From the NCBI GenBank assembly GCA_965285935.1, contig OZ260667.1, positions 26,536,001 to 26,600,000 on the forward strand: a DNA stretch of 64,000 bases, given 5' to 3'. Position 1 is the first letter of the stretch. The number at the start of each line of letters is the position of its first letter. This DNA is from Ophelia neglecta. Lineage: Eukaryota. The notes beneath the pieces were generated by a model. It made no database searches. It saw nothing but the letters and a program-made list of their open reading frames with translations, and was not told where the DNA came from. This document shows positions 14,273-27,600 of the stretch, in pieces. Made by a program: the position numbers and the translations under genes.

Positions 14273-14976
14273 ATAAAGGGGTTATCAGTCGAAAACTACA
14301 GAAGAATACCCGGACAACCCCGAAGACTCACAACCAACATAATTGCCCGAGAGGGATATGTTTATATGTATCAATAATACAAATAAATTTGCGAAAATGG
14401 TCCGCTGGCCAATTTTAAGCCCCGTTGTCAAAGATTCAACTTGGCAGACGACGAAAAAGCTAACTGTTTTTTTTATCGTGTACGATGGCACTGGAAGTTA
14501 TCAATAGCATGTACAACCGTCGAGTTCATGCAAAACGTGAATTAAATACATGTTTTGACCGGTAGAACAGCCTAATTCGCGCGAGACTTATGATGTACTA
14601 TAAATGTTCTCTTGCTTCAGGGCCTATTAGATCCCATTACTGACAGACTAAACATCTCCTATCATGCATATTGATGTATTACTATTCATGTACTGTAAAT
14701 AATGTTTCCTTATTATTAACCATCATTGAGTGTACACTCTCCGGAAAGCGGAGGAAATAAATAAATATATATATATAAAGGGGTTATCAGTCGAAAACTA
14801 CAGAAGAATACCCGGACAACCCCGAAGACTCACAACCAACATAATTGCCCGAGAGGGATATGTTTATATGTATCAATAATACAAATAAATTTGCGAAAAT
14901 GGTCCGCTGGCCAATTTTAAGCCCCGTTGTCAAAGATTCAACTTGGCAGACGACGAAAAAGCTAACTGTTTTTTTT
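14273..14976. repeat. Exact 202-bp direct repeat (14273-14474 and 14775-14976) separated by 300 bp
   Basis: Base-by-base reading shows both copies identical from ataaagggg to the terminal T8. Confidence 0.93.
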
Positions 14977-17900
14977 CTAAACTATATTTGAGCATATAAT
15001 TATGGGCTTATATGGGTGTTAAAAATGAATATGACTGGAGACACTGTTTATATAACATGATGACTCTTCCCTCTTATATAATGGCAATATAAGTGAGATA
15101 ACTGTTAGTTTTTTCTACAGATATGTCGGATGTGTTTGGAAATGTGTCAGAAATATAATTATCAATGATAGCATCTCCAACCGCCTGTCGTTTGTCAATA
15201 TATATGGTTTTTGGTATATAAAAGGCCATAATGATATAGTAATCTTTTAATATTAATCAAAAGCATAACTATATTAGACATGTATTAGAACAATTAAGAT
15301 AGGTAATTATTTCATTTTGAATTATACCTAAGAAGCATGAAAAACTAGCAGACGCCCTATGACACGTTATAGGCCAACGTTCAAAATGTAGGGCTCAATT
15401 GTGGAACTGAAACTGTTGTTTCTGCTTCAAAGAGTACGTCATGCCATCTTACCTCTTATAATTTTCATCTGGAAATTGTTTGAATATGCCTATATAAGTT
15501 AAAGATTTGAACATTTGTTCGTAATACAAAGTCCTACCCATACTCACCCGCATTCCAACCTTCTCCCTCCATCCTCCACCCGTCTCCTATGGGATTTGCC
15601 CACGTAATTCTCAGTATCCAAGATACCTCAAACTTGTATGTGCCTATAAACTCTTTTCCCTTCCTGGTAGACCACTCGTTCTGCCATCACTGCGCAGTGC
15701 ATCAATTGCACTGTTCATTGATGGGTTACGGAGTTTTGCAATAATTGCTGACATGTAGGCAAAACCGCATTTGCATTATAAATGAAATAGGATTTATTCT
15801 TTTGTAAACTCAAATTTAAGGCATTTTTTTCATTTTGTTTTCCAGTAAAATAATCATTACTTTTTATCCTAGGTAACAGCTTACCACTTTAATCTTCACT
15901 ACATGCAACGGCCCCTGTATCTAGAATGAGATGCGAATGGTATCTCATCCAAGATTACAAGACCTTTTGGCCCTCTTCTCTGTACCGCTGTACAAAATTA
16001 GGCCATACATTATCGCAGATTTCCTTTTGCATGTCTAAGTCTTTCCTTGCACATAATTATGTACATGTCAAGGTCAACAGTAAATTTAAATGTTATCTAA
16101 TCTAATCGATAAGCTCGACTCGGAAACATGGAACGTGTAGAGGCCTCCTGCATCATTACTAGTAAAGTAGTACAAAGTTTGATCAACATTGCCTTACTTG
16201 TATATCTATATGGGAAAAGTTGTACAGGAGATACAGCAACACACACATAAACAAGAATCTAGAATTGAAATGTTCCTCGACAGGTGAAGGCTCGGGTAGT
16301 CATAGGTAACAACACATTCATTCGACAATATCTACCTTCGTCAAGGCAAGATTATGTTTCGCCTTTTGTCTCCTTTCTGTGTTCTTTTTTTGCCAAAATA
16401 CTCGTAAGTAAAGACCCGATTTTGTAAACAATGGATTCAGTAGCTGCATGTTAGGATGTACCCTCAAACTGCAGAATAGAAGTACATAGTATGAACCGAT
16501 CTGATACTCGTTTCATTTCACTTATATCTTTTGCCCAGTTACAACAAATTTTGAGTTCAGTAATTTATGAGGATTCCACCCTTTTGCTATTATAATATCC
16601 CAACCAATTTTATTTTTGATATTACCGATGGCTTTCGGAGCCAGCATTAATTTACGTTTTAGAAGCGCCAACTGTTGGTCACTGCCACTGAAATGTGAGC
16701 GCGTTAATTAGTGCTCACCTACACGGCTATTATCGCGCATCGCTTAATTCCGCGCGGAAAGTAGGCTTATAATCAGTACAGCATATAGGCTTATTCCGTG
16801 CACAGTGTAAAGGAAAGTATTTTCTGTCATCGTTTAATACCGCGCAGGAAGTACCATTATTCCGCGCACAACAGGAGCGGAATAAGGCTAAACACTGCAC
16901 GGAATTATACTACGCGCAAAATTTACCGACTTTATCCTACTCATCACAGAACAGTGTGGATCGGGCGGCCCGGAGGTTGATAACTGTCTATCCATAATAT
17001 AGCTCCGAAGTTTCAAAACGTGAAACTTGTGTTTCTAGTTACCTGTGTATTAAGATCACTTGCCCACCAAGTTCCCTAAATAATTGCATCATCTTCATTA
17101 ATACATGTGTTAAATGAACCGCCTATTAAGGACACCTGCAAAATGTGCTAAATTTTTTGCAGTCCCTTGACTGACCTGATTAGACAGGTTTCAATGTATA
17201 ATAGAACGTGGCAAAAGTAGAAACAGCATCTGTGAAGCTCACTATGAAAAACAATGATGCTTGAACTTAGTACTAATCCGTTGGTCTTGAATCCCAATCA
17301 CCCCGGCTTACAGGTGCCGGGGAGAGGGGATGGGCTAATTTATAATTTCCACCTTCCATAGACTTCTTTTATGTATCTTACATTTTGCAATAGCGGGCAA
17401 TACCTGGCAGGGTGCACATTGTTAATGTGTAAGTTGGACATATTTTCGTCCATGCACGGCCCGGCTTGACAGCTGAAATGCCAAGAGGTACTACTTTTAG
17501 GTATAAACACTTAGATATAAAATGAAATTTTATAAACATGAAAAAAATCACCTTTGTCATTTGTACATATTTGAATATTTTTCAATGTATTAGAAAGGGG
17601 GACTGCGCAACACAACAGGTGTAGGAGTGAGCGGATGAGAACATGAAATGTTTTTTTCATTCCCAAAATAGTGTTATAAAAAGATGCCTCGTAGTTTAAC
17701 CAGCTGCAAAAAGCACGCTTTATTGGCTGAGTAACCCTGTTTTAAAGTAACGCCAGGAGATAAAACACAAACTTAACTGTTGATTGTCTCCCATCGAAAA
17801 ACATTGCACAGTCACTCCAAATGTCGCATGAAAAAATGACAAAAAAGTGAAAAATGTGGCAAAATATGGACACAATAAATGGGCCAAATAACAGTTTTGA

Positions 17901-18974
17901 CACTCCCAAGAGTTTTATTCACAAATAAGTAACGTTATGTGGTTATCCTCAACATTTACATCTGTGCCTAACCTGTAAGTCTGTTTGTACAACATTATCA
18001 GATTAGTTATACAATGTATGATTCAATTTAATTTCTATTCGACATCAGCAATGCATTTTGTATGGCTCATTTCTTTACCAACAAAATGCATTATTACGAC
18101 ACAGTTGCTAAATTGGTTCGAGTCAAAACCTCATGAGCCTACCAAAACGCCCAAGCGACAGGTTGCTATATAAAAATGATAGTTAATTATAATGTTGTAC
18201 TTGATATAGAATACTGTCTCTAGCTGATAATATTCTCTTTGAATAATCGACATATACTGGCAACTTGCAAATTGGTGTTTCCCCCCTTAACAAGATTTCC
18301 AACGGTGAAGAATAAAGGATTTTCTGAATTCATGGACAGAGTCTATGATGTGTGTCCGCTCTCAGTGTGGGTCTGTGGGCCCATCGCTGAGAGTGGGTTA
18401 CCCTCCCGCGGGGATCTTTGGGCTTAACCCACACACTCTCTGGCTGATTGTCACCTTATTCAAGTTGTCTCAGAATCTTGGTCACCTTGTAAAAGGAAAT
18501 TACTGGGGCATATTTACTTCTGCAAGATGATCCTGATCGCCGCCCAACCTTTGAATCCGCCAATGACAAATTATGAGCTTTGATGTCAGCTGCAGCTGTC
18601 CTTGGGCTTATCGCATTGATTTTATATACAGATGTTAGTTCTTGCTGGTGTAGTGTGCTTAGAATTTAACTATTCAAATCAAATTGGATTAACTTTGTAT
18701 GAAAAGTAAAAATCAATCATCACTTGACAACTTAACTAGTACAAACTACACTTACTATATTTGTTGTTTTGATGCTTCAGTATTAATTCTGTTTTTTTAA
18801 TGATAGAATACATTATTTCCAGTTTCGGACATGCATAAGAAGAGACAATAGCTGTTGAGGCCTATACAAATTATCCTTTGAACATTTAGGCTTAGACGAG
18901 GTCAGTTACCAATTTTATTTGTGTTTACTATAGCAAGTGTACCATTCCCCATTATCTATTTTGGGGTGTGTAAC

Positions 18975-19057
18975 CACAGGGGCTTGTGTCAAAGCCTATG
19001 TATTTATATATACTAACTACGTTATATAGTATAGGTATGTTGACACAAGCCCCTGTG
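18975..19057. mobile_element. 83-bp MITE with 18-bp perfect TIRs and 8-bp TSD (P-element- or hAT-type)
   Basis: cacaggggcttgtgtcaa (18975-18992) and ttgacacaagcccctgtg (19040-19057); tgtgtaac flanks both sides (18967-18974, 19058-19065). Confidence 0.85.
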
Positions 19058-20281
19058 TGTGTAACACGACACCTTTGCCCACATTTCTACTGTTGTCTGG
19101 TTTTATTGTTGTGAGGTGCCGGCCCTTTTCACCTAAACAGTCTGCCTTCTTACGCAATACAGGAGTAAATTATGCGTAGGTATATCAATATAAAAATTGT
19201 ATAATCAACACATGGAGCATCAATTGTATGGCAAATGATCTGAATCAGTATGTTTTGTCCTGTATGTCAGGATACCTATGACACAAGTACGATACAGTGC
19301 CAACGCAAAGCACATTGCCTTTGGAAACAATCTACACTTCGGTTAGATTATAATAGCTGACGTCCCAGCCTATAATTATACCTGTTGCCTACGCCAGCCA
19401 CATCATATAGTTCCCATAGCAACATGAAGAATCAATAGCCTTTCGTCTACAGTGAGGATAACAAATTGGACGCGCTGTTTAGTTGTAGCGAGATCTGGGG
19501 CGAGGCCCAGCTTTCGGATGCCTACAGGTGAGTGGAGGAGTGTATACATTTTCTTTGACCGATTGTTTTTCGTCATTTTGTGAAGTTACCTGTCTGGGTC
19601 CCAATCACGTGATACATTCGTATTTTGTCTCTTCTCTAACAAATTTTGTATTTTGTAAAAATATTCTTTGCCAAAATGTTTAAATACATATAAGTACTTT
19701 TGCTTATTAAATCTAAGTTGATTTGCCAAGAATCATATAGCCGGATAAGCTAAAATATTATATAACAAAATTTACGTTCCTTAATTCACTTTTGACGACT
19801 TCTTTTTAAGATTGACGTCATATAAATCATCAAACATGTATGTTTTAGTTCTGTCTTGGTTGGCCATAACATTAGCAATGAGATATAATAGCACACAAGG
19901 TGACCATATTTATTGTAAGCTGCACAGGCGGCTAGCTGCAGTGTAATGGTAAACACATGTGTGTTTTCATTGACAGCTGTTTACAAATAATCAATATTAA
20001 TAACTATATCCTACTCCTATAGAGGTTTTCAACACCAATTAGAAATGAACTTTTTGCGATTTTAAAATATGCATTAAATAGCGTTCGATGCATATTTTGG
20101 CTATATATGTCCAATTTTTATTTGTTGTGCGACATCCTGAAGTTTCCATCTTGTTTTAACTCCTTAGTTTCGTCTGGAAATGTTTGTCTTTTGTACATTT
20201 AACTGCCATGGCAACGAATTGAAACGTTATATCGTATTTTGTTTGTTACAGGTTTTTCAAAAGCTAGTAGATAAGAGAAGT

Positions 20282-20959
20282 ATGGCAGACTATGATCAGG
20301 ATAGTTTTGACACCATGGTCAAACTGAACGTGGGCGGCACTTGGCATACTACTACAAGAGGCACACTTACTTCTCAACCATCTGAGGTTTTTCATTCACT
20401 TCTTCAGGAGGGAGAAAAAGGAGCCAAGATTCAAAATGGAGAAAGCGGTTATTATTTTATCGATAGGGACGGATCATTATTTAGACACGTTTTAAATTTC
20501 CTAAGGACAGGAGAACTGAATTTACCGTTTGACTTTAATGAGTATGATCTTTTGCAGTCGGAAGCCAATTTCTTTGGGTTAACCAAATTGGAAAATGCAA
20601 TTATGGTAAAAAAATCGGTTAATATGAAATGTGATCATATTGAAGTGATTGAAGTGGCCCACCCGGAAAAAGTAGGATTGTGTTGTACTCGTTTGGTGCT
20701 CACGGAAAACCTACAAGAAGAGGCGCCATTTTGTGATGTTATCAATCCTGGCGGAAGTGAGCACGAAATGTATGAAGGTCAGCGAGGACGTTTTTGGGTC
20801 CGCACCAATCTCACCCGTGTCGAGTGGGCGGAAAAGCTGCCCCAGTATGGTTGGAACATGAAATACGTTACGTCATTTTGTCGCAAAATACCGGACATAA
20901 CCGGGACGGGAACTGACATTTGTCACATTGTCGAGAGATGGTATAAAGGTATGAAATAA
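20282..20959 (+). CDS. KCTD-family BTB/POZ (T1-type) protein, 225 aa, single coding exon
   Basis: VKLNVGG.WHTTTRGTL, YFIDRDGSLFRHVLNFLRTGEL, EANFFGL are KCTD BTB signatures, followed by a C-terminal domain ending L..YGW..VTSF..VERWYK. Acceptor ttacag| ends at 20251; a candidate upstream non-coding exon donor (cag|gtgagt) lies near 19527. Confidence 0.9.
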   Translation: MADYDQDSFDTMVKLNVGGTWHTTTRGTLTSQPSEVFHSLLQEGEKGAKIQNGESGYYFIDRDGSLFRHVLNFLRTGELNLPFDFNEYDLLQSEANFFGLTKLENAIMVKKSVNMKCDHIEVIEVAHPEKVGLCCTRLVLTENLQEEAPFCDVINPGGSEHEMYEGQRGRFWVRTNLTRVEWAEKLPQYGWNMKYVTSFCRKIPDITGTGTDICHIVERWYKGMK

Positions 20960-23900
20960 ATCATTTCTGTGGTCACTTGTTTCTAGTGGCTTAAATCTAA
21001 TGCAATGCCATGAAAATGCCTTTGTTGGATTTATAACAGACATTCTAAAGGCCTTTGTCATAAATTATTGCGAATGGATTCGGGCCAGTGCAGTTTTTAG
21101 TCAGACCTTAAACAGGACGAGACCTAATAGAATAACAGGGAGCTTTATCATATCGCATTTGGAGTTATCTTCCTGAGAAAAAACAGTTAACAATCAAGTG
21201 AATTATTATTTTGCTCACATATATATTATGTTGCTATATTTACCTTCAGTCGGTTTAATAAAAAAAGCTCTCATTTGCTGTAAATTAAACTTGATTTAAA
21301 TGTTTAGTTGAAAAGTGTATTTGTCTGAATAAAGTCGTTTTACTCTCATATCACTAAGTTTTATATCATTGCTGTATTAGAATTTCATAAGCCTCTAAGA
21401 ATATCGCTGACTTCATATCTAAACTGATTCAAAGTTGTTGTTTTTTGTACTGCATCCTTCTAAAGCACAGAATTAGCTTCAATCGTTGATTAGTTTCTGT
21501 CTAGGTCATACAACTAGAAACGGAACAAAAATTGGACATATTTTGCAAATCCTACAGGTAGAGGAGGCACATTTTACTGTCTGACTTTTATAAGTATGGA
21601 CTTTTTGAGATCAACTCTATTGGGTTTTAGTGCCTAAGAAAACGCAATTATTGACAGAGAGACGAGTGATAAGAAATTTGAACGCGTCTAAATACATGAT
21701 TGGAGTCGCAAATCCGGAAAAAACTAGGGTTGTGGTGAACTTGTCCCGTGTTGTATTCGTGACGGACAGCCTACGGAAAGGGGCGCCATTATGAAAGGTC
21801 GTCGGCCCTGGAAGGGAAATGATAGCACAAAGGGCAATTTGGACGCTTTTGGATGTGCACCATATCTTCTTATACCCGTATCGAGTTTTTGGAGACACAA
21901 AGACAACTCAATTAGGCAATGAAACACGTGACATAATTTTGTAACTATAATCGTTATGTTTCAGTAATAGGTGAGCTGTTTCCAATGGAGATATTGAATT
22001 GATTGTGTATTTATAAGTGTTTTTTATCAATGGTCTTCGCCTGAAAATAACCCATAAACACATTCTCCATTTTGACACGTTCAGTTTCTGTATGATTGTG
22101 AGTATTGGACAAATAAATCATTATCAGTGAGAGTGACGGGCTGAAAGAAGTCTTCAAGAAGGCAATAATAAAATCTCTTTTTATGACTGTATAGATATAT
22201 AATTTGCGGCTTAAATGCCTTAAGCTGTTTGAACTTGGACCCTTACTTCAAATATGGGCCTACCTACTTTTTCCAACATTTACGACATTGCTGAAAATAT
22301 TGTCATTTATTTTTATGATTCAATAGTTACTTTAAAAAAAGAGTGTATATAGTACCGTACTATATACAGATTTACGTCAAAATCTCATACGTTATGGAGT
22401 GTGCGCATGAATTGAGAAAGGCAAGAATCAAACAGCAAAACTAAGTCAAATATTGCTTTCTTAACATTTTTATTGTAAGCACTATGGCAGGTATTCCATT
22501 TGCAAGAAGTTTGTTTTGTACATTGACTTGACATATAGAAATCGTTTTCACTTGAGAAATACCATCGCACACAACCTTAGTTTCCTTTGTGAGAGGCGCA
22601 TAGCACACTCGAGTGATCTATATGATTGATATTAACATGAATGGCTGTTTGTTCGCCGAGACAACGCCCAATTTCAACCCACTTTTAAAAACTGACAAGC
22701 CCAGCACTTTATACAAATCTAAAATGGCAGTTCACAATTAATAGCAATTTCCAGTGTACAGTAATTCTCCATTAGTGTGTGGTGGGGGAGGGGGGTATGC
22801 ATTTCTTTAACTTTTTCAATCTAGCATATACAGTCTATAATAAGATTCTCTTACTAGCTAACAGTTATCACAAACGGCGCGCCCATACATTTAGCTACAT
22901 ATTATCCTACATGCTAATATAAAACATACATATTGCACATGTAATATCTGCTGATATTCTTTTGGTTATAAATCCCCGTGAAGAACCCAGATTTATAGGT
23001 CTCGATTCTCACAACTAAAACCTAACACCCGTTAGATTACAGCGCCACCCTGTTAGAATTGTGACAAAGATTGTTTTTGTTGTAAAGACCGCCATTATAC
23101 GAGGAGTTGGACATTAATAATAAACATGCACGACTAGTTTTTATAAACATATTTCACAGATATGCACATTCTTTCGTACAAAATGGGCCATGAATTGTGA
23201 TATTCGAATAGATTGTGAAACTTAAAAGACGAATAGACATTTCACTTTAACCCGCAAAGCCAAATATAAGTAAATTAACCACCTACGTCGTATTACAGGT
23301 AATGCCTACAAGTTTTGCACATATATATTTCAATGTAATACATTAATAAATGTCATTTTAATAAAGTCCCATAATCTTCATGCGAGCATATTTTCGAAGT
23401 CGCTTTGCGTTCATACCGAAGTTCAGTAAACAGCAGCCTTCGGTATTTCCTCTTACTGTAATGATTGGGTGCATAGGGCATTTTTCTATCATAGTTATCT
23501 CTACTATATAGCATGTGATTTGTTTTAATGAATTAAACCCGTTATGATTATGAAGAACATCCAACATATAGACATGATTTAGGCACCACAATTTAATTTA
23601 TGATAGGCAATTTTGAGTGATGATTAGTACTAAGAGTAAATGTTGGACATACTTAAGGTTTTGAACGATGTATTTGTGATCATAATATATAGTTTATGTC
23701 ATCGGGTCTTGACCCAAATGGGCGAGTAATCACAGGCGGTCTATAAAGCATGCTTTGGGTTCTGTTTTTATACAGATATTGTTAAATTCAATTGGAATAA
23801 ACCTGGCTTCTCATACCAAAATGTAATGCTTTAAGGCCTAGAGAAATGCATTTCCGAAAATTAACCTAGAATATGAGGAAATAACTGAAATAGTGTTTAG

Positions 23901-24627
23901 AAAGCTTTGTTCCATTTTGGCTCTTCTCTGTGAGTTTTAGGTAGAAGTTAAATAGGAGGGGTCGGTAATCTCCTTGTGTATTCGGACATTTGTTGATCTT
24001 GGGTATAGCAAAGTTTTTACTGCTTGTAATAAGGATCATATCCTAATGTCATTTCCAATAAATACTTTAAATAAGTATCGGCGATAGAATTACTATTGGG
24101 GATCATTAATCCTCTGTATAACCTTGGAATGTTAAATGAATATGATTAAAATGTCTAACATTACAATTTTTCTAATTATACGGTATCAAAATAATCCGCC
24201 ATATTACGTTGAGCAAAATTTAGGTTTATGTCAGCAAATCTTGATGAGGCTCTTGCTCTAACACTCTATTTTATCTGATATACGTGAGAATGTTTTAAGC
24301 AATCCATTAAATAAATAAATGTTAATTATCTAATAGAGATGTTTAAGTCTTGATTGAAATGTTTTACAAGTCTGTATATCATCACTCAATCCACAACACA
24401 AGCGTTACATGTCTCACTGTTTCTGTGAGAATTCCATTAGTTTCATATTGAAGAGGAAACACTAATGTTTTTTTCTTACTTGGAGGATCTGGTTCGTTTT
24501 TAAATTGGTCTAAGCTAACGAAGGTACTGAGAAATTAGAACTGTTTGAAATCACTCCTATTGAGTTAGAGTGGATATCCATTCCTTTGGAGCTTTATATG
24601 TGCTGAATATTCTACCCCGTGTATGAA

Positions 24628-27600
24628 TTAAAACCGTTGATTATAAAAGCCGTTTTCTGCTCTATAAGGAACTATATCTCGGGAATTCGAAATCGTTGTT
24701 ATTTTCTCACGTGGGGGGTAAACAGTTTCCCGAATGTCGTCTTGCTCATAGCGCGAGTTGTCGCAGCAGACGGAGATAAGAAGACGAACAAAGATGGCGA
24801 TCACATAGATGATGCCAGCTATCAGTACAACGTCACCCAAGCAGAACAGAAGGATGCTGGCAGTCAAAAGTTGGTGGCTGTAGCCCGTCACAGACATAAC
24901 GGCTGAAAAATAGGGATAAAGCACTTTTAAATATGGTAAAAAATATCATACAGTGAATAAGATATGAATGGAATAATATAATGTTCAGTTGATGTAATAT
25001 TGTTTAATTCTACACATAAATTAAAGCAGATATGGATCGATCATATCGTATTTAGCACCTATTTAGTTTGCAAGTCGACTTTTAAGAACTGTAGATAAAA
25101 GGCTTATTATCCGGCCCATTTTTCCAAGTTTAGACAATACAGGAGGGGTACACTTACTGGATGATCCTAGAGCCACAATATTGTCATACATGCCAATTGA
25201 ATTGACCACGAGGGCAACGACAATGCCCACGAAAGCGAAAAACTGCAGCAGCAAACCCACCCCCGCCTGAAAACAAGTGAATAGCGACAAAAGTCAATTA
25301 GATACAATGATAATTGATATTATCAACATGAATCTCCTGCAATAATTACAACTCGCGGACTTTTCTTAGAATAAAAGTAAACGACCGTGCAAAATGTTTG
25401 TAGTCAGGAATTCCGATTTATGGAGGCATTTCTAGCAAGCATATTCTGTATAGAATAGCAGTCACGTGTGATTCTCATGGTTAACCCGATCTTTTACATT
25501 GACAAATTGTATTGTTTTGTTTTGAAAGTTCTTAAATTGATAATTCTTACCAAGAACCAGTTGTCTTTATCAGACCTTTTGAGGGCAATAGAAGAGACAA
25601 ATCCAGCAATCACCGGCTGAAAAACAATAGATTTATAAGATTGTTGCATCATACCAATTCCATCTTGATAATTATTTATCATTATGAGTTGAAGCATGTG
25701 CTTTATACACTTTAGTGAGGATGCAAATGGATACTAACGATGACTCCCGCCCAAACTGGTGCCCAGATGTTCTGCCATCTGGTCAAATTGTTCCCGTGGA
25801 CAGACGCCTTGAGCACCAGACCTACGTAAATTATGGCTTGTCCCAAAGAAATCTGGCCAAAAGGATTAAAGAGAACTGGGTCGCAGAAAGGAAGAATCTG
25901 TAAAGAGATAAACAATTTAGGAACAAGAACAATCCTATGAAATTATTATAGTATAAATCACCGAATAATAAACAAGAGACAGATGTTCTTTTGGATAGAT
26001 ACTTACTACTCTGATGAATTCAAAATTTGCGTCATAGTAGTGATTGAAAACCCTGACGGTAGTTGTCAGCACCAGCAAGGCCACCATCAGTAGTATGCAG
26101 ACGACCCAGTCTATACTGTAACACAGCCAGATATTGGGCACCAGTCGGGAATCGTCCAGTTTGTACTTAGGTCTGTAGTAACAGAGAATAAAATAAGTTG
26201 AAAATACATCTAGCAGTATTAAGTTGTAAACAGAGTCCCATATAATGTTGAAAAATATAGATTTGACATAGAGGTAATTTTTTATTTTCATGGTGCATTG
26301 TTCCATGGAATACACATATCTTTAGTGGTGGAGTACCTTCAGTGACACTCACATTCTTTCTTTGAGCCAGTAATTCTCCTCTCGGTCGGTCCAGTCAGCG
26401 CCGTTTTCCTCTGAGATTTGGATGGTGTTGTGACAGAGTGTTATCAGGTTGAACGCTGTACAGGCGTATACGGCAACGCTTGTGATCAAGCCAAGGATGA
26501 TATACCCATAGTTCTAAAGAAAGCCAACATCAATTAACAGTGGAATTTAAAGTTATCAAATCATGTCATATTGAGCATAATCATTACATGTGTACGCACG
26601 AAGTCATCGGCGTGTGTTGTTTTAGTTTTAGAATTCTGTCCAACAATTGAAACAAAATAGGTATCGAGCTACATCCAAAATCTTTTCATTCTGTAGGATA
26701 TTAATGTGAGGACATCCATGATATAAAGTGATGTCACACCTGTCTCTTCTCATTGTAAAGCACATTACAAAGTTTCCTGATTAGCAAGGTTATCAGGTTG
26801 TATGCTGCAGCTCAGCCCTCATCTTACAGTTCTTTGTTCCATATGACTGATTACGTCTCGAGTAGGACATTATTGGTACTCAAGTCATACATTTCGTATT
26901 AAAACAGGCTATCACAATACATTATTTTTGTAAATATTTCACAGTAGCTGATAACTTATTATTATTATCGTCCGTAGTATATTACTAGATCATTATTTTG
27001 TATCTTACCTTCCACATCGACTTATAGTTTCCTCCGTGTATAAACCCAAACGCCCCGAACATTATTAACTGTAAATAGAAAAATTGTTACATTATGAGTT
27101 ATGAAAGCAAACCAATATTGTAGTATTATGATGCTTATGAAGCGCAAAAACTCATTCACCCGATAGATCTGTCGCTGGAGTGTTATTTCGTTATTGCTTG
27201 AGCGGTTCCAATATTCCATAATTTGTATAAGTTGTGGATGTCGTGGATATCATTCGATTTCATTATATTCATCATTTCAATAAGTAAATGTACAAGTTTT
27301 ATGCAACGGAGACTTGTTGCATATAGTTTTATTCTATGGTTTCATGGTTAGTTGACATAAATACATTTGAAGTCAGATTTTATGTTACGTGCCTTTAGGT
27401 ATAGGTATGGGCAATACCTTCTTAAAAGAGCAGAACTGTTCCGCTATTAGCCTAAGGTAGTTGTTCTACAGGTATATATAAGGACCGGACTGTATATATA
27501 TATCGCCTTATTATAGTTGGTCTCTTGAAAGTGGAACCCAGGGACCGAATCCTATTAAGTAACCCTCCAGTACATCCCGCTTTTTATGACCATGCTTTTT

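Noticed and set aside
13867-14274. 135-aa ORF on the - strand
   Set aside because: No recognisable domain; it lies in repeat-like sequence with overlapping ORFs in several frames.
17301-17340. GC hairpin followed by CTAA-T, like a Helitron 3' end
   Set aside because: No 5' end or second copy is visible; too short to support.
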